A program made the position numbers and the translations under genes. From the NCBI GenBank assembly GCA_012517235.1, contig JAAYVI010000117.1:1-64000 (forward strand): 64,000 nucleotides of DNA. The letters run 5' to 3'. The stretch's first letter is position 1. Every line of letters begins with the position of its first letter. The notes under the pieces were generated by a model. That model did no database searches, was not told the DNA's origin, and saw only the letters and a program-made list of their open reading frames with translations. This DNA is from Elusimicrobiota bacterium. Lineage in GTDB: Bacteria > Elusimicrobiota > Elusimicrobia > Elusimicrobiales > UBA9959. Below, one piece after another: positions 38,182 to 46,451 of this stretch.

Positions 38182-39837
38182 TTATACCTTGCTTAGTTTT
38201 AATATGGTTTTTAAGTCTTCTTCGGCGGTTTTTACCGGCATAATATTAAATTTCTCTACGAGAACTTTTAATACGGCCGGAGTTATGAAAGCGGGTAAGG
38301 AAGGTCCTATCCTTATATTTTTTATACCCAGGTATAACAAGGTCAGGAGTATGCATACCGCCTTTTGTTCGTACCAGGAAAGAATCAGAGAAAGAGGCAG
38401 TTCGTTTACCGATACGTTAAAAGCTTTTGATAAAGCCAAAGCTATTTGTATGGCCGAATATGCGTCGTTACATTGTCCGGCGTCCAAAAGACGAGGAATA
38501 CCTTCTATATTCCCGAATTCCATTTTATTGAATCTGAATTTTCCGCAAGCCAAAGTAAGTATTATCGTATCCTTGGGAGCTTTTTCGGCAAATTCCGTAT
38601 AATAATTTCTTCCCGGTTTGGCGCCGTCGCAGCCGCCTATCAAAAAGAAATGTTTTATTTTGCCTTTCTTTACGTTTTCTATTACGGCGGGAGCGGCGGA
38701 AATCACCGCGTTTCTCGCAAATCCCACGGTTATTGTCTTTTCTTCTTCGTCTTTTTCAAATCCTTTTTCGTTTAAAGCGGCTTCTATGACGGGGGAGAAA
38801 TCTTTATTTGATACATGTTTTACGCCCGGCCATTGAACCAAACCGCTCGTAAAAATTCTTTTTTCATATCCTTTCGGTTCTTGTATGCAGTTGGTGGTCA
38901 TAAGTATGGCGCCCGGGAATTTTTTGAATTCTTTTTGTTGGTCCTGCCAAGCTCCGCCGTAATTTCCGGCCAAGTGTTTATATTTTTTAAGTTTTGGATA
39001 ACCGTGGGCGGGAAGCATTTCGCCGTGAGTGTATATGTTTATACCTTTGCCTTCGGTTTGCTTTAGAAGTTCTTCCAAATCTTTTAGATCGTGTCCCGAT
39101 ACGAGTATCGCTTTTCCTTTTAGCGGAGTAATTCTTACTTGAGTGGGAACGGGATGACCGTAAGCGTCGGTATTGGCTTTATCCAAAAGTTCCATTACTC
39201 TTAAATTTATTTCTCCGCATTTCATATTCGTCGCAAATAATTCTTCTACCGTATGACTATCTTTGGTTAGGAAAGAAAGCGCTTCGTGAAAAAAAGCAAA
39301 TACTTTTTCGTCGGTTTGTCCCAGTATCATCGCATGGTCGGCATAGGCGGCCGTTCCTTTGAGTCCGTAGGTCAAAAGTTCTCTAAGAGCGGTTATGTCG
39401 TCTCCGTCTTTCTTTTGAGAGCTTTTTATTCCGTTTTCATAAGCGAAATTTATAAGGTCCGAAAGTTTTTCCGAAGGCTGCCATTTTGAGTGCGGAGGAA
39501 TTTCTTTTTCGTTAAGTCCCGCTTTTTTGTATTGATTTGCCAGCTCTTTTTTTATCTCTTGGCCTTCTTTTATTATATTCCTTATATTTTCCGAGTCGAA
39601 ATTGACATTTGTTACCGTGGTAAAAAGAGATTCTATTACGTATTTGTCGGCTTTGGAAGTTTTTATGCCTTTTTTATTTAAAGCGTTTGCATAAAACGAA
39701 ATTCCTTTGACTTGATAAACCAAAAGATCCTGCATCAAAGCCGTTTCGGGGTCTTTGCCGCAAATACCTATGCTGTCGCATCCTTTTCCGCCTTTGGCTT
39801 GTTCGCATTGGTAGCAAAACATTTTTTCAGATGACAT
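38182..39837 (-). CDS. hcp: hybrid cluster protein (hydroxylamine reductase / NO-detoxifying Hcp)
   Basis: N-terminal CYQCEQAKGGKGCDSIGICGK; 551 aa. Confidence 0.9.
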   Translation of the reverse strand: MSSEKMFCYQCEQAKGGKGCDSIGICGKDPETALMQDLLVYQVKGISFYANALNKKGIKTSKADKYVIESLFTTVTNVNFDSENIRNIIKEGQEIKKELANQYKKAGLNEKEIPPHSKWQPSEKLSDLINFAYENGIKSSQKKDGDDITALRELLTYGLKGTAAYADHAMILGQTDEKVFAFFHEALSFLTKDSHTVEELFATNMKCGEINLRVMELLDKANTDAYGHPVPTQVRITPLKGKAILVSGHDLKDLEELLKQTEGKGINIYTHGEMLPAHGYPKLKKYKHLAGNYGGAWQDQQKEFKKFPGAILMTTNCIQEPKGYEKRIFTSGLVQWPGVKHVSNKDFSPVIEAALNEKGFEKDEEEKTITVGFARNAVISAAPAVIENVKKGKIKHFFLIGGCDGAKPGRNYYTEFAEKAPKDTIILTLACGKFRFNKMEFGNIEGIPRLLDAGQCNDAYSAIQIALALSKAFNVSVNELPLSLILSWYEQKAVCILLTLLYLGIKNIRIGPSLPAFITPAVLKVLVEKFNIMPVKTAEEDLKTILKLSKV

Positions 39838-39846
39838 ATTATCTCC

Positions 39847-40248
39847 TTATAAGTCTTTTATTTTTGCCGCTAATAATTTCTCGAAGGCAAAATTAACCGT
39901 ACGCAAAAAAGAGCTCAACTGACAATTCTTCCTTTTGCATGTTCCGGAAGAAAAGCAGGAAGCGTACGAGGTTTCGCCTTCTACGGCGGAGAGTATGTCC
40001 GAAAGAGACGAATTTCTGCCTTTGTCCGTCAAAACATATCCTCCCCGCGGGCCTCTGAGAGTGTTCAGAAGCTTTTTTCGGGCAAGCCTTTGCAAAACCT
40101 TGCTTAGGTGATTGTAAGAAACTTTCATATCTTCGGCCATCTTTTTGGCCGCGAAAGATTCTTCTTTCGAATTAATCATATGCAAAACGGCGTGCACCGC
40201 TATTACCGAAGCCTCGGAAATTTTTATCAAAGTTTTGTTTTCGGACAT
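39847..40248 (-). CDS. Rrf2-family transcriptional regulator (NsrR-like, three Cys)
   Basis: wHTH region; YASCFSSGTCKRKNCQ cysteine triad; directly upstream of hcp. Confidence 0.85.
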   Translation of the reverse strand: MSENKTLIKISEASVIAVHAVLHMINSKEESFAAKKMAEDMKVSYNHLSKVLQRLARKKLLNTLRGPRGGYVLTDKGRNSSLSDILSAVEGETSYASCFSSGTCKRKNCQLSSFLRTVNFAFEKLLAAKIKDL

Positions 40249-40353
40249 ATTGTCTCCTTATAAGGTTAAATAGGATTTATGATACCAATATACCAATTTA
40301 AACCTAAAAAAACAAACTTTTGATTTTCCGTTTTCGGTCTTTTAAGAGAGCGC

Positions 40354-40383
40354 TTGACTTAATGATACTAAAAATGTATCATT
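40354..40383 (+). promoter_or_regulatory. promoter TTGACT-N17-TATCAT overlapped by a perfect palindrome AATGATAC-N7-GTATCATT (candidate Rrf2 operator)
   Basis: direct reading of the divergent region between the Rrf2 gene and the ccsB-like gene. Confidence 0.45.
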
Positions 40384-40428
40384 TCTAAAAAGACTTGTCA
40401 AGAGTTTCTTAAAAAGATATCTTAAAAT

Positions 40429-41370
40429 ATGCGAAATTTTAAAGATAGAATGAAGAAAACGATAGAAATAATTTCTTCCGTAAATTTTTTTGCTTTCGTA
40501 TCTTCTCTTTTCGCATTTTTTTTGGTTTATGAAACTCTTGTTTACAAAGGCGATCCGGGAAAATTTTATTTTATTTACGCTTTTTTGGGGATTCTGATCG
40601 TTTTAAATATTTTTTTATGTTCCGCTTCCCGGTTTTTTGGAAAAATAAAGTCGAAACCGCACTTCAAACTTATACATTGGGGAATTATAATAGTCATATT
40701 GGGATTTATTTTTAGCGGAATTTTTTCTTTTCAAGGGGAGATGTTTCTTGTTAAAGGAGAGGAAAGCAATCTGGTTCAAAGCGCGGACGGAATTTATAAA
40801 CTGCCTTTTAGAATAAAATTAGAAGGTTTTTATATAGAGTATTATAAAGATCCCAAACCGTATATATATTTTAAAGACGAAACGAACGGTAAAGTATCGG
40901 CCGAAAAAGGAGTTAAATTAAAAAAAGGAGATATTTCCTGCGAAGTAGAGAATTTTTATTCGGATTTTTCCATAAAGGGAGACGGTAAATTTTTTTCCAA
41001 AACTCTTTATTATAATAATCCCGCAGTTCTTTTGTCTTGTTATTCGGGGAAAAATAAAAGCAGATTTTGGCTTTTCGAAAAAAAATCGGGACATATCTCG
41101 GAAAATTTGCCTTTCGAACTCAAAATAGAAGATGCCGATATAAAAGATTTTAAAAGCGAAATATCTATATTTTATAAAGGCGATTCGGTTAAAGCGGATG
41201 TGTCCGTAAATAACCCTTTTTCGTTTGAAGGCTATAAGATTTATCAGACAAGTTACGAACCTTCTCAGGGAGAAGCTTCGATTTTAACCGTAAAAAAAGA
41301 CAAATGGTTTTGGCTTGTCATGTTAGGATTTATTTCTCTGTCTCTGGGAGTTTTATTATGGATAATTTGA
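40429..41370 (+). CDS. ccsB: short ResB/CcsB-like cytochrome c biogenesis membrane protein
   Basis: N-terminal TM segments, periplasmic domain, C-terminal TM; 13-nt overlap with ccsA; 313 aa. Confidence 0.55.
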   Translation: MRNFKDRMKKTIEIISSVNFFAFVSSLFAFFLVYETLVYKGDPGKFYFIYAFLGILIVLNIFLCSASRFFGKIKSKPHFKLIHWGIIIVILGFIFSGIFSFQGEMFLVKGEESNLVQSADGIYKLPFRIKLEGFYIEYYKDPKPYIYFKDETNGKVSAEKGVKLKKGDISCEVENFYSDFSIKGDGKFFSKTLYYNNPAVLLSCYSGKNKSRFWLFEKKSGHISENLPFELKIEDADIKDFKSEISIFYKGDSVKADVSVNNPFSFEGYKIYQTSYEPSQGEASILTVKKDKWFWLVMLGFISLSLGVLLWII

Positions 41371-42119
41371 TAAATTCTTCTCTTCTTTTCTCTTTGGTTT
41401 CTCTGGTATTCTATTTTTTGCACGGCATATTTAAGGTTAAAAAAACTTCTTCTCTATTCGTTGTTTCTTTGTTTTTATCTTGGCTTTTTTCTTTGCTTTA
41501 TTTTGTCCTATATTCTTTCAAAAACGCAAGGCTGCCCCTTTCAAATCAATACGAATCGGTTTTGCTTCTTTCTCAGGCCGCTTTTGCCGGAGGATTTTAT
41601 TTTTACTTTGGAAAAGGGAAAAATATTCAAAATCTTTTGCCTTCGGCCGTTTCGGGGGCAATTTTGCTCTCTTTGCTTAATCTTTTGGATTCTTCGGCCC
41701 GTCCTTTGATGCCGGCTTTAAGGTCTAATTGGCTGTTTTTTCACGTATTTACCGCCATGATTTCTTACGCTTTTTTCTTCTTGGCCGCGATAAAAGGATT
41801 TCTGGATCTTTTATCTAAAAAAGAAAATGAAAACTCTTACGAATTGCCTTTGGTAAAATCCGGTTTTGCCATGCTTACATTGGCGATAATTACCGGCGCG
41901 GTATGGGCCGAGAACGCATGGAACAGATATTGGAGCTGGGATCCCAAGGAAACATGGTCTTTGATAACTTGGCTTTATTACGGCTGCGTACTGCATTTAA
42001 ACAAGAAGTATTTTACGCGCAAAATGTTTTATGTTTCCTTGATTATAGGCATTTTTGTCGTGATATTTACTTATTTCGGAGTTAATTATCTTTTGAGCGG
42101 TTTGCATAGTTATGCTTAA
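41358..42119 (+). CDS. ccsA: cytochrome c assembly protein CcsA (system II heme lyase)
   Basis: WWD domain WAENAWNRYWSWDPKETWSLITW; alternative in-frame start at 41304. Confidence 0.8.
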   Translation: MDNLINSSLLFSLVSLVFYFLHGIFKVKKTSSLFVVSLFLSWLFSLLYFVLYSFKNARLPLSNQYESVLLLSQAAFAGGFYFYFGKGKNIQNLLPSAVSGAILLSLLNLLDSSARPLMPALRSNWLFFHVFTAMISYAFFFLAAIKGFLDLLSKKENENSYELPLVKSGFAMLTLAIITGAVWAENAWNRYWSWDPKETWSLITWLYYGCVLHLNKKYFTRKMFYVSLIIGIFVVIFTYFGVNYLLSGLHSYA

Positions 42120-42591
42120 AAAAATAAGAACGATTTTATTAAAAAACTCATTTTTAATTTTTTGGGCTTCCGCTTTGGCTTTTACGGGGGCGGCGGTTTC
42201 CTTGCCTCCTATCGTCCATTTTTCGGAAAGTTCTTTTTTTTGCGGCTTATGTCATTCTATGAAAGATCAATATAAAACCTGGAGCGTTTCCAGACACAGA
42301 ACGCTAAAATGCGTCGACTGCCACTTGCCTAATTCCAATAAGGCCGAGCATTTTTTTTGGAAAGCGGTGGACGGCAATAAAGATTTGATAAGCGAAACAT
42401 TAGGTTTAAAAGAAGATTATGAAATACGGCTTTCGTCTCACGGAAAGAAAGTTTTGCAGGAAAACTGCATAAGATGCCACGCCGATGTCGTTTCCAGAAT
42501 GAATACCAAAAGAAACTGCGTCGATTGTCATAGAGGCGTTTCTCATATTAAAACCGCGGCGGTTTGTTCTTATAATACGGAGGTAAAATGA
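42112..42591 (+). CDS. nrfH: NrfH (NapC/NirT-family tetraheme quinol dehydrogenase)
   Basis: four CxxCH motifs (CGLCH, CVDCH, CIRCH, CVDCH); N-terminal TM; 159 aa. Confidence 0.85.
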   Translation: MLKKIRTILLKNSFLIFWASALAFTGAAVSLPPIVHFSESSFFCGLCHSMKDQYKTWSVSRHRTLKCVDCHLPNSNKAEHFFWKAVDGNKDLISETLGLKEDYEIRLSSHGKKVLQENCIRCHADVVSRMNTKRNCVDCHRGVSHIKTAAVCSYNTEVK

Positions 42592-44027
42592 AGAATAAAA
42601 TATTTTATCCGCTTTTTTGTCTTGTCTTTGCGGCATGTTCGAAAAGCGCGGATCCGATTAAAATTTCGTCCATAGCGGATAAGGAGTACGAGCCTCAAAA
42701 ATGGCAGGCGAATTATCCGGCGGAATACGAATTATGGGAAAAAACAAAAGAACCCACGCCGGCGGGAAAAAGTTATTACAAAAAAGGCTGGGATACGGAC
42801 GGTAAAATTTACGATAAATTGTCGGAGTTTCCTTATATGCCTCTTTTATTTAAAGGATGGGGTTTCGGCATAGAATATAATGAGCCGAGAGGCCATTATC
42901 ATATGCTTAAAGACGTATTGGAGGTGGATTCCGCCAGAAGAAAAGCCGGAGGAGTTTGTCTTACATGTAAAACTCCTTACGCTCAGGAACTTAGAGACAA
43001 ATACGGCAAGGATTATTTTTCCAAACCTTTTGAAACGGTTCATTCGTGGATACCTAAAAATCACAGGGAACTGGGCGTGGCCTGCGTCTCGTGTCATAAA
43101 GGAGAAAACGCCGATTTGAGGATATTAAACGATTTTACTCTCGGCGCGGCTTTGAGAAATATGAATTTCGATTTGAAATCGGCTTCTCATCAGGATATGA
43201 GAACCTTGGTATGCGCTCAATGCCATGTTACATATGTGGTGAGCAAAGACAAGGAAATGAAATCTCAGAACGTATTTTTCCCTTGGAATAATTCAAAATA
43301 CGGGAAAATAAACATAGAAGACATAATAAAAACCATAAAAAGCGATCCGGCCAATTTGGAATGGACTCAAGCCGTTACGGGCTTTAAGTTGGGTTTTATA
43401 AGACATCCGGAATTTGAACTTTTCAGCAATCAAAGTCTGCACTGGAAAGCCGGTCTTTCTTGCGCCGATTGCCATATGCCTTATGTAAGATACGGTTCGT
43501 ATAAAGTTTCCGATCATAGAGTAATGAGCCCGCTTAAAAACGGTTTGCGCGCCTGCGTACAGTGCCATTCTCAAGGAGAAGAATGGTTGAGAGACAGAAT
43601 TAAATTTACTCAAGACAGAACCGTATCGATGCTTATAAGGAGCGGATATTCTACGGCCGTTTCGGCAAAAATATTCGAAAAGTTGAATAAAGCCCGCTCC
43701 GAAGGGAAAAATATAGATAAAAATCTTTACGATAAAGCCAGAGAATATTACGAGCAGGCTTTTTACAGAATAGTATTCATAGGAGCGGAAAACTCTTTGG
43801 GATTTCATAATCCTCAAGAAACATTGAGAGTATTGGCGGACGCTTCTTCCTTTGCGGCAAAAAGCGAGGCTCTTTTAAGACAGGCGGCCGCTCAAGCCGG
43901 GATATATCTGCCCGAGAAAATAGATCTGGAATTAAACAAATATTTGACCGACAGAGGCGAGAAAAAACTTAATTTTGATTCTAAGGTAGAATTTAAAGAC
44001 CCTTTTAAGATTCAGGATTATTTTTAA
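42588..44027 (+). CDS. nrfA: cytochrome c552 nitrite reductase, pentaheme catalytic subunit
   Basis: CLTCK (CXXCK active-site heme) plus CVSCH, CAQCH, CADCH and CVQCH. Confidence 0.9.
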   Translation: MKNKIFYPLFCLVFAACSKSADPIKISSIADKEYEPQKWQANYPAEYELWEKTKEPTPAGKSYYKKGWDTDGKIYDKLSEFPYMPLLFKGWGFGIEYNEPRGHYHMLKDVLEVDSARRKAGGVCLTCKTPYAQELRDKYGKDYFSKPFETVHSWIPKNHRELGVACVSCHKGENADLRILNDFTLGAALRNMNFDLKSASHQDMRTLVCAQCHVTYVVSKDKEMKSQNVFFPWNNSKYGKINIEDIIKTIKSDPANLEWTQAVTGFKLGFIRHPEFELFSNQSLHWKAGLSCADCHMPYVRYGSYKVSDHRVMSPLKNGLRACVQCHSQGEEWLRDRIKFTQDRTVSMLIRSGYSTAVSAKIFEKLNKARSEGKNIDKNLYDKAREYYEQAFYRIVFIGAENSLGFHNPQETLRVLADASSFAAKSEALLRQAAAQAGIYLPEKIDLELNKYLTDRGEKKLNFDSKVEFKDPFKIQDYF

Positions 44028-44036
44028 GGAGGTTTT

Positions 44037-45194
44037 ATGGGCGGTATAAATAAAAAAGAATTTATAAAAGAAGTATTAAAAAAATTATCCTCCGGCATGT
44101 CTTTTCAAGACGCCAAAAAGGAAGTTCTGTCAAAAATAGGCAATATCGAATCTTCCGAACTTTTTTTAATAGAACAGGAGCTTATTAACGAAGGAATATC
44201 TCCGGAAGAAATAAAAAGATTCTGCAATGTGCATGCTTTGCTTTTCGAAGGAATATTTGAAAATAAAATTTCGGATCCTTCTTCGCCGTCTCATCCGATT
44301 AATCTTTTTAAGTCGGAAAATAAAGCGATAAAAACAAAAACGGAAGAATTGAAAAAAAATATCGGGAAATCAGGCAAAGATGATATATTAAAATCGCTCG
44401 AAGAACTTAAAAGCGGCATATATGTTCATTACGAGAGAAAAGAGCAAATACTCTTTCCTTACTTGGAAAGAAAAGGTTTTTTCGGCCCTTCCAAAGTAAT
44501 GTGGGGAAAAGATAACGAAGTAAGAGATCTTTTTAAAAAAGCTTTTGACAATATAAATTTCGAAAATTTTGAAAAAGATTATCTAAATCCTTTATTGGAA
44601 GAGATAGACTCAATGATATTTAAGGAAGAGAATGTTCTTTTTCCGACTTCTCTGGAAAAATTGGAACCTTCGGATTGGACCGAGATTTTTAAACAAAGCG
44701 CTTCCTCAGGGTATGCTTTCATAGAGCCGCCGAAAGAAAATTTTGAAGTTCAAGATTTGAATAAAAGATCCGTAAGATCTTTTTTTGAAGACGGGAAAGT
44801 GAATTTTCCTACGGGAAAAGTTTCTTTGGAGGAACTTAGAAAGCTATTGGATTGTCTTCCCGTAGATTTGACTTTTGTCGACAAGGACGGAAAAGTCGCT
44901 TATTTCTCCAATTCTTCGGAAAGAGTTTTTTTAAGAACTCCTTCGGTAATAGGCCGGGAAGTTAAGAACTGTCATCCTCCTCAAAGTTTGCCCGCGGTGG
45001 AAAAAGTTATCGAAGACTTGAAGAACGGAATAAAAAAATATCATGATTTTTGGCTCAATATAAAAGGCAGAACCGTATATATCAGATATTTTCCGGTAAG
45101 AGACGAATTCGGAACTTTTATGGGAATTTTGGAAGTTACTCAGGATATAACCGAAATAAAGAAGATAGAAGGCGAGAAAAGACTCGCAAGCTGA
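44037..45194 (+). CDS. DUF438/hemerythrin-like/PAS domain protein
   Basis: architecture typical of DUF438-PAS proteins; C-terminal PAS-like region; family assignment is from memory. Confidence 0.6.
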   Translation: MGGINKKEFIKEVLKKLSSGMSFQDAKKEVLSKIGNIESSELFLIEQELINEGISPEEIKRFCNVHALLFEGIFENKISDPSSPSHPINLFKSENKAIKTKTEELKKNIGKSGKDDILKSLEELKSGIYVHYERKEQILFPYLERKGFFGPSKVMWGKDNEVRDLFKKAFDNINFENFEKDYLNPLLEEIDSMIFKEENVLFPTSLEKLEPSDWTEIFKQSASSGYAFIEPPKENFEVQDLNKRSVRSFFEDGKVNFPTGKVSLEELRKLLDCLPVDLTFVDKDGKVAYFSNSSERVFLRTPSVIGREVKNCHPPQSLPAVEKVIEDLKNGIKKYHDFWLNIKGRTVYIRYFPVRDEFGTFMGILEVTQDITEIKKIEGEKRLAS

Positions 45195-45201
45195 GGAAAA
45201 T

Positions 45202-45432
45202 ATGGAAGAAAAAATAATAAATCCGGATTGGACTTTATTTGAAATACTGGAAAAATATCCCCAGGCGGAAAATGTTTTGTATAGTTTGGGTTTTGCCGGA
45301 GTTAAAAATCCGGTTATGAAAAACACTCACGCAAGAATTATGACTTTAAGAAAGGGATGTTCTCATTTGGGTATAGAAGAAAAAAAAGTTAAAGAAGAGC
45401 TTGAGAAAGCGGGATTTAAAATAAGTTTTTGA
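45202..45432 (+). CDS. DUF1858 small protein
   Basis: 76 aa; WTLFEILEKYPQAENVLYSLGFAG. Confidence 0.55.
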   Translation: MEEKIINPDWTLFEILEKYPQAENVLYSLGFAGVKNPVMKNTHARIMTLRKGCSHLGIEEKKVKEELEKAGFKISF

Positions 45433-46451
45433 TGAGGCTTAAGTATTATTTCGAATACTATAAAGATAAAATTCAGATTTTAAGGCTGATATCTCTTTCT
45501 TTTTTTTCGTTCTTGGCCGTATCGGCCGGAATAAAATTTCATCTTTTTATAAAAAGTCTGGAAACTGGTCAAGTCTTAGAAAGACCTCCCGGCGCCGACG
45601 CTTTTTTACCCATAAGTTCTTTGATGAATATAAGGCATTTATTTGAATTTAAAAGCGTTCATTCGGCGCATCCGGCCGGTTTTTTTATTCTGCTTGCGGC
45701 TTTGTTTTCTTCCTGGCTTTTTTCGAAATCTTTTTGCTCTTGGGTTTGTCCTTTCGGATTCTTCTCGGAGTTTTTGACGAATATTAGAAAAATTCTCATA
45801 AATAAAGATTTTAAGATCCCGGTTTTTTTGGATTATCCTATGAGGGGGATAAAATATCTCATATTGACCTTCTTTATTTATGTTATTTTTTTCGCAATGG
45901 ACGCAGATTCCATAAAATTGTTTTTGGATTCCGATTATAATAAAATTTCGGATATTAAGATGTATCTTTTCTTTGCGCAAATTACTCCTTTTGCTCTGAA
46001 GATAATTTTGGTTTTAATCGTTTTAACTTTCTTTTTTAACTTTTTTTGGTGTCGTTATTTATGTCCTTACGGAGCTTTGACAGCTTTGAGCGGTTTTTTG
46101 TCGCTTTTTAAAATAAAAAGAACGGCAAGCGGATGCGTAAATTGCGGCTCTTGCGCCGACGCTTGTCCGCATAATATAAAAACAGACAAGATTAATACCG
46201 TCTTTTCAGACGATTGCACTTTTTGTCTTTTATGCGTAAGTTCTTCCAAATGCGGCGTTTTAAATGTTTCTCCGATATTTTCAAATAAAAGAATAAGTCC
46301 TTATCTGGTATTTTTTTCCGTAATTTTTATTTTTGCTTTTTTTAAATATTTTGCCGTGTTTCAAGGTTTGTGGCAAAATAATATAAAACCGCAGGAATAT
46401 AAAGTACTTTACGAGAAAAGAAATTACTTAGATCATCCGCGCGGATATTAA
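45429..46451 (+). CDS. NapH/MauN-like membrane polyferredoxin (4Fe-4S-binding)
   Basis: CSWVCPFG and CRYLCPYG TM motifs plus C-terminal CVNCGSCADACP and CTFCLLCVSSSKCG. Confidence 0.6.
   Translation: MMRLKYYFEYYKDKIQILRLISLSFFSFLAVSAGIKFHLFIKSLETGQVLERPPGADAFLPISSLMNIRHLFEFKSVHSAHPAGFFILLAALFSSWLFSKSFCSWVCPFGFFSEFLTNIRKILINKDFKIPVFLDYPMRGIKYLILTFFIYVIFFAMDADSIKLFLDSDYNKISDIKMYLFFAQITPFALKIILVLIVLTFFFNFFWCRYLCPYGALTALSGFLSLFKIKRTASGCVNCGSCADACPHNIKTDKINTVFSDDCTFCLLCVSSSKCGVLNVSPIFSNKRISPYLVFFSVIFIFAFFKYFAVFQGLWQNNIKPQEYKVLYEKRNYLDHPRGY

Noticed and set aside
37955-38602. 215-aa plus-strand ORF spanning the DUF2400-hcp junction
   Set aside because: It runs antisense across two well-supported minus-strand genes and their intergenic region. 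It is a shadow ORF.
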